From: Octopus sinensis
Taxonomy: Eukaryota
Direction of reading: 5' to 3'
Length of the DNA stretch: 64,000 nucleotides
Assembly (NCBI RefSeq): GCF_006345805.1
Contig: NC_043010.1
Location: 21,824,001 to 21,888,000, forward strand
The position numbers and the translations under genes are program-made. The notes below the pieces were generated by a model. The model made no database searches. It had not been told where the DNA came from and saw only the letters and a program-made list of their open reading frames with translations. Below are positions 11,987 to 24,167 of this stretch, piece by piece (position 1 is the first letter of the stretch; every line of letters begins with the position of its first letter).

Positions 11987-12504
11987 ATTGTTAAAAAGGC
12001 CGTCAAACATTAAAGCAGGGCAAACGTCTGAAGACTTATATATATATATATATATATATATAACTTCTTATAAAATCATGTCTTAAACTATTCAGGCTTA
12101 ATCAGAATCTCAGTCATTGCAACAGAACATTTTTTTAAATTTGGCAACGATTTCTTACGCTTCAGAAGTAAAAGCTGTAAGACGCTGAACTCTATTAATC
12201 TCCTCCTAATTGTCTACTAAAAGAATTATTTGAACTGTTGCAAAATGTCATGTTGTTGTCCGTTCGCACTCTTGAATCGCCTGTTGATATTAATGCATTC
12301 AATTGTATGACTGAATTAAAAAAGTATTCTCATTTCAACTACCTTCATCAGTTTCAAATATACTACGATATATTGACCTCCACCCAATTACCTACTAAGA
12401 AAATTAGTTGCATTTTTGCAAAATTTCCTTCCTGTTTTCCTTTGACAATATAAGATTTCATTCTATGTGGGCGGTGTTCAGAAGCTGATAAGAATTTAAC
12501 TTAA

Positions 12505-12955
12505 TTTAGCTTAATGATAAAGTACCTGACGCGTAATCACAGCGATGTGAGTTCGAGTCACATAGCTGGCTTATAATCTATTTTTCTGCAATCCTATGGA
12601 TAATTTATCCTGTTCACGCTATTTTATTACCATTATTACGTGTTTGAGAATAATTATTTCTTTATCTTTCAATACTTCTCAACGCTACTAAAGCAAACCT
12701 TGTTTACTGTCATCACAAGTTGAATTTAACGTTAGCGTCTTATAAAGCTAAATATATAAATTCTAAAATTGCTGAAGAATTCGTTACTGGGCAGTTTAGC
12801 TTAATGTAAAGCACTTGGCGCGTAATCACAGGGATGTGAGTTCGAGTCCCATGGCTGGCCGGTAACGTATTCTTCTGCATTGTATGGCTAATTTATCACC
12901 CTATTTTATTAGCGTTATCACGTGTTTGAGAATAGTAATATCTATATCTTTTAAT
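12505..12955 (+). repeat. Two direct copies (period about 290 bp) of a tRNA-like head plus unique tail
   Basis: TTTAGCTTAATG...GCGTAATCACAG.GATGTGAGTTCGAGTC.CAT.GCTGGC occurs at about 12505 and 12795, each followed by ...CACGTGTTTGAGAATA. Confidence 0.75.
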
Positions 12956-13016
12956 TTAAATGTGTCTATTTCAAGAGGCACATGGATTACTTCTCAAATA
13001 TAGTGAGTGCCACTAT

Positions 13017-13055
<39 letters not shown>

Positions 13056-13352
13056 GTGCCACCATAGCGTATATATATATATATATACAAACACACACGC
13101 TGGATCTCACTCATAAGTGTTAGGGTTACATTGCTTATAAACTCTATATTTGGAAGGACTCATTTTAAACTCTGTTGGACTTTTCAACTTTACTCATAGG
13201 ATATTTGAATATTGCATATATACCATTATGCCTAAAAATGGATTTACAACTTCAATACCCATACATATCTTGCAACTATTTTCTGTCCTCGACCCCACTC
13301 TCTATTTTGTATCACATCTAAACTAACTATGACTTAACTATCTTCTCACATC

Positions 13353-13404
13353 GTCTCTGATGAAGGAATATAATTAATAAATTTCCTAGAAACAGCTGTA
13401 AGAC
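13353..13404 (+). ncRNA. Type I hammerhead ribozyme motif (minimal, Penelope-type)
   Basis: GTCT-CTGATGA-AGGAA...TTCCT-A-GAAAC-AGCT-GTA-AGAC: 4-bp stem I, 5-bp stem II, palindromic stem III ACAGCTGT, GUA cleavage triplet. One extra A precedes GAAA. Confidence 0.7.
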
Positions 13405-13450
13405 CTTCTATCTATAAATGCTCTACTATCTACACAGCCTTGGTTTTTTA

Positions 13451-14079
13451 TCATATTATTATTAGGTTTTTCACTTTTCAGATGTTCTTCCTAGAGGTAA
13501 GACAATTTTTTTCATGTTTGTTGCACACACGCATCTTTACTAGTACATACGCAGTGAAGCTATACATTAGCGTCGTATTTATTACGTTCACTATTTTCCA
13601 GTAAATATCGGTGCTTCGTTGTGCCATTTATTTACTTTTATATGTATAATTTTACCCTCACGGGCTATCCTTTACTGGAAAACAATACTCTCGTATTGTA
13701 TTACTATTTTCATTGAAACTTCTTCACTGTTCTCGTTCTGTTAACGCTTTGGCGTTCAGACGATTGTACTGGCATAGATGTGGCAACATTTGAAATATTG
13801 TCGAGGTATATGTAGCTGATGAAGATAAATCAAATATACGTTAGCAAACGTACTTTGAAGAGTCTGAAACCGGTACTGCATTATCTGTTTCTAGGTTTTT
13901 CATTTTTCAGATGTTCTTCCTAGAGGTAAGACAATTTTTTTCATGTTTGTTGCACACACGCATCTTTACTAGTACAGACTCAGTGAAGCTATACATTAGC
14001 GTCGTATTTATTACGTTCGCTATTTTCCAGTAAATATCGGTGCTTTGTTGTGCCATTTTTTACTTTTATATGTATAATT

Positions 14080-14082
<3 letters not shown>
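13451..14082 (+). repeat. About 195-bp direct repeat (13451-13652 and 13890-14082), pLTR-like
   Basis: TAGGTTTTTCA..TTTCAGATGTTCTTCCTAGAGGTAAGACAA...TATGTATAATTTTA occurs twice, almost identically. A diverged relative lies at about 37225-37370. Confidence 0.85.
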
Positions 14083-14126
<44 letters not shown>

Positions 14127-14132
14127 ATATAT

Positions 14133-14353
14133 ATTTATATATAGAGGGCATTATACATACATGCCAGGAGGCATTGTATATACATGCCAAACGCTAAGAG
14201 GGACAATCAGTCATTTCTACCAAAATACTAATCCCACCGAATGCAATTTTTCAAAGTAAGACATTTAAAAATATAGGCCTGGTCCCTCTTAGCGTTTGGC
14301 ATGTATATACAATGCCTCCTGGCATGTATGTATAATGCCCTCTATATATAAAT
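14133..14353. repeat. Perfect 72-bp inverted repeat with 77-bp spacer
   Basis: 14133-14204 (ATTTATATATAGAGGGCATT...GCTAAGAGGGAC) is the exact reverse complement of 14282-14353 by eye. Confidence 0.9.
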
Positions 14354-14470
14354 TAATATGTTCAATAAGAAATAATTATTTTCGAAATTTTGTTCTCTTA
14401 TGAGGTTTTTACGCTATCTACCTGACAATTTCTTGTTAAGTTTTCCTTATTAAGTAGTTGTCCTTAATTG

Positions 14471-14505
<35 letters not shown>

Positions 14506-16011
14506 GTGTGTGTGTGTGTGTCAAAGCAGCATGTCCGTGGGTACTGATTTTCACTTCTAATCGTTAACACGGACCTCCCTTGTACATATGATAGCGTTCG
14601 ACACTTCACGATCCATATTTTCAATTTTAGTTACAAACATTCGTTATTTTCATCATATGATTTGACTTTTAATAACGTTCCCTAAAATCCCTTTTGTTTT
14701 AATAAGCAACTCAAAACCACTCCTCCGAACTGGTTGTGTTTTACTGCAATGCTACAAATATTTCTTTCGTGCTTTTTTCGTGATAAGTATAAAAATATAC
14801 GAGTTGTATTGACTTTTGATATTACCATTATATAGTCTAAGAGGTCTCTTTTCATCTTTCTCTATGTGCATTATATATTCATGCTTATCGACAGAGAACT
14901 TCTTTTAAAATCAATATTTATCTGTTGCCGTGTGAAGACATAGTTATCGATTCATCAGAACATGAGTATTATCTCTGCAATAAAAAATCTATAAAAACTC
15001 GAAATTAAAATATAATATACAAACTTATAGATTTTATGAGTTCAAAGCGATATCATTGGAAAATTGAAGGTCAAATCAATTATGATATATTGAGCTGATA
15101 TTTACAGTAAACTTCAATCCGATACGATTTATTAACATTTCGGCCCAATATAACATGCAAATCATAGGTCAGTGATAAAAATATTTTTATGATATTGTGT
15201 ATAATGTGAATCGGTCAACGGGTACTGTAAACAGCGAGGCATATTGCATAGAGAAATTTAGGATACTTTGTTCTACCTAATTCAAAACTGATGCCTGTTT
15301 CAAATTCGCATCTAAACATTACGTTATTTTTGTTAAGCTGGAACCGGTTATGTTTAAAAGGAAGTATCATTTAAGTCGAGACTCAATTATTATTCTGGTA
15401 TTAAGAAGCTTACCTAGATCGTGAGTAGGTTAATTTCTTTTATCCATATTTTAGAAGGAATTTGAAAGAATAGGATTAATTGATATGAGAGTGAGGAAAG
15501 AATACTCGTGTCAGGAGACCATTAATGACACAGGTGAACAATGTAGACTTTTACGTAGGTACCTGGAATTAACAATATAACTCCTTCAACCAAGTGATTT
15601 ATTAGAAAGGTATCTTATGACCTGCATGCAATTAAACATTTCATTCAGATGTAAACAAATATCTGATTCAAATAAAATTATGTTTCCAATGCATGTAATC
15701 ATGTGGTTTACATGTAATTAAGCATGTGGATGACATGTAATTAACCACTTGGTTCCCATATAATTTAACTGACTCAGGTATATTTAACTCAGGGTCTTAC
15801 ATATCACCGACCATTGAATTCAGTTGTGACTCGGATCTAATTAACATTCCTACTCTTTTAAACATCTCACTTGCAAGGACTTGTGTATATAACTCAGACC
15901 GACACAACTCTCCTTTTCCTTTTAAAATTTCGGTGGGTTTCGCTCCAAACTAGACCCCACACATCAATTCTTTTACACGTTTTATTCCTCATCAAGACAA
16001 AAATCTTTTAA

Positions 16012-16031
16012 CAATAATAACAATAATGATG

Positions 16032-16091
<60 letters not shown>

Positions 16092-16099
16092 GTAATAAT

Positions 16100-16161
<62 letters not shown>

Positions 16162-16185
16162 GAATAATAATAGTAATAATAATAA
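16012..16185. repeat. (TAA)n microsatellite
   Basis: Direct read. Confidence 0.97.
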
Positions 16186-17800
16186 AGAGAAATGCGCCAT
16201 AGTAACCCTGAAAAGAGGAAAATTAGTTAAGTGTAGCAACATCACACTAGATAAAACCAATGAAATAAAAGAATTAGACCAAAGCCAAACTTACAAATAC
16301 TTAGGAATCCATGAACTAGATAAGACACAACACACACAAATGAAAGAGAAACTTTGAAAAAATTTTTTATTATAGATGAGTTAGATCAATACTGAAAACA
16401 GAGGTCAATGCTAAAAACAAGATAATAGGTATCAACACTTTAGCCGTCCCAGTTATAAGTTACAGCTACAATATCCTTAACTGGACACTAAATTAACTGA
16501 CCAAAATAGATAGGAAAACAAGAAAAATAATGACAGGATCTCGGATTCATCATCCAAAATCTGACATAGAAAGGCTATATATAGAACGTATAGATGGTGG
16601 TAGAGGCCTTATACAGCTGGAAAACTACTATAAAAAAACCACCATAGGACTGCAAAAATATCTACTTCAGAAGGAAGGAAAGCTGATACAAATAGCGGCA
16701 AAACACGAGCAAAACAAAAAACTGTTCTCAGTATTTAAGGAAGCTGACAAATACAAACAAGACATCATACCACCTAACAAATATGAAGAAGAAGAAGAAG
16801 AAGAAGAAGAAGAAGAAGAAGAAGAAGAAGAAGAAGAAGAAGAAGAAGAAGAAGAAGAAGAAGATGAAGAAACACAAAAGCTATAAAACAAATAAAATCC
16901 AAACTAAAAATAGAACAGCAACGAACCATGATAAAACGATGGCAAGAAAAGCCCCTTCATGGCAAATACTGGACTAAACTAAATGCAAAAAAAAAGACAA
17001 AGAAAAATCCCAACAATGGTTGAGAAGCTCAGGACTCAAAGCGGAGACAGAGGGATTTTTAATTGCAGCACAAAACCAAAGCCTCCCCACCAGAAATTAC
17101 CAAAAACATGTATTGAAAAGAAATATAACAAGTAACTGCAGAATATGTGGAGATGGACAAGAAACAATAAATCATATTATCTTCTGCTGCCCAGTCCTGG
17201 CTAAGAAGGAATATATTCACAGACACGGCGGAGGTGGGACCTATATACACTGGAAACTATGCCAACATTATGGAATAACAACAGAAAAAAGATGGTATAG
17301 GCACACATCAGAAAAGGTCACAGAAAACGAGAAAGCAACCATACTCTGGGATATGCCAATACACACAGATAGAGAAATTAAGGCCAACAGACCAGATATA
17401 GTTGTCAGAGATCATGAAGAAAAATTTTTTCTTCTAATTGATGTATCAATACCAGCGGATGACAGCGTGTCACTAAAAGAAATGGAGAAACTTTCAAAAT
17501 ACAAAGACCTGGAAATAGAGGAAACCAGGATGTGGAATCTAAAAACAGAAACAATTCCTATCATAATAGGTGCATTAGGCATGATAAAAAAATATTCAGA
17601 CAAATACATAACAAAAACACCAGGACTTACAAACACATATAACATACAGAAAATTGCACTACTAGGCACTGCATACATCCTACGCAGAACACTTTCCATA
17701 CAATAACCATCAGAGCATCACAACAAATCACAGCACATACCCAAGGCACACAGAGCTGCGCTCGGTTGTGAAGTGAAAGCACGATATAAAAAATATACTA

Positions 17801-17803
<3 letters not shown>
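16186..17803 (+). mobile_element. 5'-truncated R4/Dong LINE (RT end plus RLE endonuclease), frameshifted
   Basis: EKCAIVTLKRG..., YKYLGI, GGRGLIQLE, zinc knuckle CRICGDGQETINHIIFCCPVLAKKEYIHRH and RLE motif RPDIVVRD...LIDVSIP...EKLSKYKDL. (TAA)n lies on both sides. Confidence 0.96.
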
Positions 17804-17859
<56 letters not shown>

Positions 17860-17863
17860 TAAT

Positions 17864-18421
17864 AAATGCCCTGATGCAGTACCAGGCAGTGGCTCTCATG
17901 GCTTCTGATCTTAACTGATTGGAAGTGTTATCATGTACATTGTTTTGTCTTGGTATAAAAGATGGGCTACAGCAAATATTCTGCTCAATACCAGAGATTT
18001 GCTTGTCAGTTGTTTGACCTTAACCAGTTGAGCATGTCCTTTAGTGGCTGACGATATGTGCATCTCTGATCACGAGCAGAAGTAGTGGGGGAGCATCATA
18101 GCCATGTGTTGAGAGGGATTCTTTGGGGTTTGAATAGTTCACCTCTGGAAACATGGGTGGTTCTTTCAACATCCTTAAGCAACCCTTATTCAGGGACCGT
18201 TTGAGCGGGATGGGCTACCCAACCTGAAGAAAATTCTAACTGGACCCCACCTGCAAGGTCATGTGCTGTTTATCTTGATATGAGATCACCATGTCGCGCA
18301 CATATGGTTGTGATGCATGTGCCTGGTGTACCTTTATCAGACGGGTAGTCATGATGGGTATATTGGGCTTCGTATATTTTACCCCAGTGTCACTTTGATG
18401 GCATGAACTGCTCTCTCACTC
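17864..18421 (+). mobile_element. 558-bp non-coding repeat flanked by (TAA)n, unclassified (copy 1 of 4)
   Basis: AAATGCCCTGATGCAGTACCAGG...CTGCTCTCTCACTC-(AAT)n. Homologous copies at 18976-19500, 48542-49099 and 49157-49714. Confidence 0.9.
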
Positions 18422-18439
18422 AATAATAATAATAATAAA

Positions 18440-18897
18440 AATTATTGGTCACTTTGCAATAAGTACAAGTATGGACTTGACAGAGCAAAAAATTGGTACG
18501 ACCACAAACCTGAAGGCATTGTCGAAAATAGAAATGCAAAGATCCTATGGGATTTTATGATTCAGTGTGACCATGAGATTGAGAATAGGAAGCCTTGAGA
18601 AAGAAAAACTATGCTGGATCATTGACATAGCATGCTCAGCTGACAACAAGGTATGGTCGATGAAAAAGGTAGCAGTAGTACCAATAACTGTCGGAGCCCT
18701 GGCAAGAGTGAGCAAAAATATCGAGAAGTACGTGGAACAAATAGGGACTGCAATAAGGGTGGAGCAGAAAACCACTGCTTGGAGCCACTCGAATACTCCG
18801 GAAGGTGCTCGGAAAATAAGAGGCGTTACTTTAGTTCACTGGTAGTGAACAGCTGACACTGTAGTACATCTCCAGCGTTACAAGCTGTGGGAAGGCA
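18440..18897 (+). mobile_element. 3' fragment of a second R4/Dong-type LINE family
   Basis: NWYDHKPEGIVEN..AKILWDFMIQCDHEIENRKP...CWIIDIACSADNKV...VVPITVGAL (RLE domain). The UTR ends in (CAA)n then (TAA)n. Confidence 0.85.
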
Positions 18898-18927
18898 ACA
18901 ACAACAACAACAACGACGACGACGACG

Positions 18928-18959
<32 letters not shown>

Positions 18960-18975
18960 AATAATAATGATAATA

Positions 18976-19500
18976 TGGCATCTGGTTTTAACTGATTGGA
19001 AGTTTTATCATGTAAGTTCTTTTATCTTGGTTTTTAAAGAAGGGCTACAGCAAATATTCTGCTCAATATCACAGATTAGCTTGTCAGTTGCTTGATCTTA
19101 ACCGGTTGAGCATGTCCCTTAGTGGCTGACGATATGTGATTCTCTGAGCATGTCCAGAAGTAATCGTGGAGCATCATAGCCATGTGGTGAGAAGAATTCC
19201 TTAAGGTTTGGATAATTCACCTTTGGAAACATGGGTGTTTCGTTCAGTATCCTTAAATAAACCCTTATTCAGGTACCTTTTGAGCGGGATGGGTTACTCG
19301 ACCAGAAGAAAATTCTAACTAGGCCTCCACCTGCAAAGTCATGTGCTGTTTATCTTATTAGGAAATCACTATATCGCGCACAAATGGTTGTGATGCATGT
19401 GCCTGGTGTACCCTTATCAAAAGGTAGTCATGATGGGTATACTGGGCTTCGTATATTTTGCCCCAGTGTCACTTTGATGGCATGCACTGCTTCATCACTC
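18976..19500 (+). mobile_element. 558-bp (TAA)n-flanked repeat, diverged and 5'-shortened copy 2
   Basis: Colinear with 17895-18421 with many substitutions; followed by AATAATAAT. Confidence 0.88.
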
Positions 19501-19553
19501 AATAATAATAAGGATTATTACGAAGTAGCATTAACATTACTTTTAATTCCTTT

Positions 19554-19631
<78 letters not shown>

Positions 19632-19779
19632 GTATGACCTCAAATAGACAAACGTTCCTACTGCATCGATTAATGACTGTTGCAATTGCAACCCTACTGT
19701 AATATCAGTGCAGTTTCTTCAGTCTTCACTTTAATATACTTCGATTTAACTGTTTAATATATATATATATATATATATA

Positions 19780-20079
19780 CGCCCTTTTCAAGCACAGCCT
19801 GGCTCATGCGTCCGGTTTCTCGGTTTCTATGGCGTATGTGTTCCCCCCAGCTGGACGGGACGCTAGTCCATCGCAACGTTACTCAAGAAACAGGAAGAAA
19901 GAATGAGAGAAAGTTGGGGCGAAAGGGTACATCAAGGGGCGCCAACACCCGCTGCCGGCGCCTTGTGGAGCTTTAGGTGTTTTTCCCCAATAGACACAAA
20001 CAACGCCCGGTCTGGGAATCGAAGCCTCGATCCTCCAACCGCGAGTCCACTGCCCTAATCACTGGGCCATTGCGCCTCC
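19780..20079 (-). mobile_element. tRNA-derived SINE family D
   Basis: Minus head GGAGGCGCAATGGCCCAGTGATTAGGGCAGTGGACTCGCGG...TTCGATTCCCAGACCGGGCG. A partial copy lies at 45236-45420. Confidence 0.85.
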
Positions 20080-20091
20080 ACACACCTGGGT

Positions 20092-20130
<39 letters not shown>

Positions 20131-20132
20131 AA

Positions 20133-20464
20133 GGCGCGTGGCTCAGTGGTTAGAGCGTCGAGCTTATGATAGTGAGGTTGTGAGTTCGAATCCCGGACCG
20201 AGCTGCGTATTATGTTCTTGAGCAAGACACTTTATTTCACGTTGCTCCAGTTCACTCAGCCGTAGAAATGAGTTGCGACGTCACTGGTGCCAAACTGTAT
20301 CAGCCCCTTTGTCTTTCCCTTGGATAACATCAGAGGTGTGGAGAGGAGTGCCTGGTACGCATGGGCGACTGCTGGTTTTCCATAAACAACCTTACCCGGA
20401 CTTGTACCTAGGAAGGTAACTTTCTAGGTGCAATCCCATGGTCAGTTATGACCGAAAGGGTCTC
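20133..20464 (+). mobile_element. tRNA-derived SINE family C
   Basis: GGCGCGTGGCTCAGTGGTTAGAGCG...GTGAGTTCGAATCCCGG (A and B boxes), then TTCTTGAGCAAGACACTTTATTTCAC...CACTCAGC central domain. Confidence 0.88.
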
Positions 20465-20465
20465 A

Positions 20466-20508
<43 letters not shown>

Positions 20509-21735
20509 TGTTTGTGTATCTGTGTGTGTGTATATGTGTATGGGAACATTCAATCATATGTGTAATTATACATATATATATATGTGTGTTGGGTATAATT
20601 GCGATAGAATATCTGTTGAGGTAATTCTATAAAGTAATCCCAATATGTCTGAATGGATGCAGGTACATTGCCAAATCTACCTCCACATATTTTGAACAGA
20701 ATTATAATTATCTTCATCCATGCCTTACTTTTATGTCTTTTCCCATATTTCTCGCTTTCCTTCTTCTCCTCCTATGTCTTTTATTTTTTTCTCATCTTTT
20801 TTCCTTTCCTTCGTTCGGTTTGACGCCATCGTCATCGCTGCCAGCATCATTACCATTATATTTTTTCATCATTATGTTTTGCTTCTTCTTCCACAACATT
20901 TCATCCCTAATTCCGTTTTCTTTCTTTCTTCCTTTATCCTCCTACTCACCCTCCTCTCACTCCTCATCCATCTTCTTTGTCTTCTTTATTTTCAGTTTTC
21001 GTTTCGTTTGAAGCTGCTTCAATTACTGTGTAAACAACGGACGCTTCTCTGTTTTTCCTCTAAAACCTCCTCTCCCGCCATTCCCTATTTGTCTCTCTGT
21101 ATCTCTCACAGTCGCTCTCATCTTTGTCTCTCTCTCACTCACTCTCTCTCCATCTTTCTCCCACCCTCTCACCATCTCTCACTCTCTTTCTCTGGGCAAT
21201 GTTTTAAATACAAAAAAGTATTTTCTAGAAATATTAACATCACACATCTCTACCAAAAACATTCATATTTTTCACTTCTGCCAACGTGATTCGCGAAATT
21301 ACTGGAGGTTAGTGGAGTCCCCGGATGTAATACGTAATCATAATCTCCAGTCGCAAACAGTTTAAATATATATATTTTTTTATCCATCGCAGATCACATA
21401 GTAAATATTGTCTCCTTGATTTAGCATTTTCAAAAAGCACCCCAGGAACAGATATTGTCGAATATCTTATTCCAATTAGCTGTCAGAGATATTATTAATG
21501 AAGGAATAAATATCAACACCTATCATACGTGAAAAATGCAGAGTCAACAGCAAGCAAATTTGATAACAACAAGAAACATAACATCCCATATTTAAACTTA
21601 CTTGAAAAACACATGAATCAAACAAACAAAAATGGATAAATACTTTGAGATGCAAGGAAGCAGATTCTCGAACGAATTTTTATAAGATTGATGTTAAGTA
21701 AGTATACAGAGACAAACACGCCTGAAGAATCTATA

Positions 21736-21835
21736 NNNNNNNNNNNNNNNNNNNNNNNNNNNNNNNNNNNNNNNNNNNNNNNNNNNNNNNNNNNNNNNNN
21801 NNNNNNNNNNNNNNNNNNNNNNNNNNNNNNNNNNN
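21736..21835. other. Assembly gap (100 N)
   Basis: Run of exactly 100 N, a placeholder length. Confidence 0.99.
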
Positions 21836-22065
21836 GAATTTGCCTGTTATGAACATTTTAATTTGTCAACATTGAAACTTGTAAAGATGTTTTTCTAATT
21901 CATATTCTAAATTTTTACCATTGAAAAACAAAAAAAATATTGTTGAAAATAGCTTTGCATATATATAAATAAATTTAATTTAAAAATTATAAGTTTTTCA
22001 AATTAGGTGCATTTTCAACAACAAATTTGCTTATATTTCACCCTCACTTTTTTTTACACACACAC

Positions 22066-22104
<39 letters not shown>

Positions 22105-22188
22105 ACACACACACACACATTCACACACATACACACACACACACACACACATATGTATATATATATTTATATATATATTTATATATAT

Positions 22189-22350
22189 AGGCTGTGTGGT
22201 AAAAAGCTTGCTTCCCAACCACATGGTTCCAGGATGAGTCCCACTTTGTGGCACCTTGAGCAAGTATCTTCTACAATAGTTTCAGGCCGACAAAAACGTT
22301 GTGAGTGGAGTTGGAAGACTGAAACTGAAAGACACTCGTCGTGCATATAT
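22189..22350 (+). mobile_element. SINE family A, 5' half
   Basis: GGCTGTGTGGTAAAAAGCTTGCTTCCCAACCACATGG...CACCTTGAGCAAGTATCTTCTAC. Confidence 0.85.
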
Positions 22351-22739
22351 ATGTATATGCTTCTTACCACACAACCAAACCTGTGCCTATATGTACATAT
22401 ATATTGTGCGCTTTGTGCGTAGAGTGTTATTATTTAATCGTGACACTGACGAACGCACAGTGTATCTATTATTCTAGCCATGGCGTTGCTTGATGATTTT
22501 CATTGATGTAAATAGGATTTGCCATAATTTCTCTCTTCTGGTGGGCAGTTGAGGGAAACACTTTGACTTAGTTAAGTAGCCCATGAGTTACGAACCACGT
22601 TTTAATAATCTCTTTAGTTGGTGTATATGTGTGTGTGTGTGGAGAAACAGACAGCAAGTAAGTTATTAGATGTATTTGCATCTGTTCGAAGTTCTTCAGC
22701 GAAGGCTTTATTCTTCATTGTGTATGCTATATCACACCC

Positions 22740-22751
22740 TCTAGCTATCTA

Positions 22752-22827
<76 letters not shown>

Positions 22828-23035
22828 CTATCTATCTATCTATCTACCTCCTATTATATCTATCTCATCTATCTATCTATCTATTTATCTGTCTGTTCTA
22901 TATGTCTGTCTGTCTGTCTGTCTTTCTGTCTTTCTGCTGTGTGTCTGCCTGTCTGTGTCTGTCTGACAGTCTGTCCCTCTGCGTGTCTTAAATATATAGT
23001 CATATAATATATATATATATTGTGTGTGTGTATGT

Positions 23036-23086
<51 letters not shown>

Positions 23087-23122
23087 CATATATTTTTATA
23101 CACATATGTATAATATGTATAT

Positions 23123-23169
<47 letters not shown>

Positions 23170-23700
23170 GATATAGAGAGAGAGAGAGAGAGAGAGAGGG
23201 TGGAGGGGGGTATGAGAGAGGAAAAGAAGAGAAACGTAATCGAACATATACGTCAATATCGATGTAGACTGTGATATCTATAAATAAATTACTGTCGGTG
23301 TATAAGACATTGATATTGTATATTGAGGATATTTACATGTAGTTGTATAGATATATTCGTTTTAAAACCTCCCTACATGTACAAACCAATGTTCCTTATC
23401 TCATCATTATTCTACAGTTATAGATGTGAAACTATTGCTAAACATAATTGACATTTATTGGCTTTCTAGTTATGTAGATTAACGTTATACAAGCCATAAA
23501 TGTGCCATCTCTTACAGACACGAAATGCGTTAGAATACGTCATCCCAAACGCTGCTAGCGGACAAAAAAACAAAATATAAACGAAAGCTGAGAGAATTGG
23601 TATGCTTATATACATACACATATATGCGTGCTATTGTGTATGTGTGTGTGTGTGTGTGCATATATTTATTTATATAAAGGCAGACAGACAGACAGACTGC

Positions 23701-23746
<46 letters not shown>

Positions 23747-23865
23747 TATAGATAGATAGATAGATATAGATAGATAGATAGATAGACAGATAGACATAGA
23801 GATGGATACACAGATAGATAGATAGATAGATAGATAGATAGTTAGATAGGGAGAGGTATAGATAT

Positions 23866-23899
<34 letters not shown>

Positions 23900-23940
23900 G
23901 GATGGGTAAAGAGATAGATAAATTGATAGATATATAGATG

Positions 23941-23992
<52 letters not shown>

Positions 23993-24167
23993 GATAGACG
24001 ATAGATAGACAGACATACAGATAGATAGACAAAGAAATAGATAGATAGATAAACAGATAGATAGAAAGACAGACAGACGGACAGACATATTGATAGGCAG
24101 ATAGTTAGATAGACAGATAGATAGAAAGAAATAGATAGATACATAGATAGACAGACAGATAGATCGG

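Noticed and set aside
12789-12860. Functional tRNA gene
   Set aside because: The anticodon arm does not fold to a 5-bp stem with a 7-nt loop and the acceptor stem is mismatched. It is treated as a tRNA-derived head.
15690-15760. Three CATGTAAT(T/C) units as a homeodomain-site cluster
   Set aside because: Short, degenerate and expected in AT-rich DNA.
17864-17930. HDV-like or hammerhead ribozyme at the end of the 558-bp element
   Set aside because: CTGATGCA is not the HHR core, and I could not build the HDV double pseudoknot by eye.
20720-21289. 189-aa hydrophobic ORF (and the similar 27529-28089)
   Set aside because: They come from pyrimidine-rich low-complexity DNA and have no motif or splice support.
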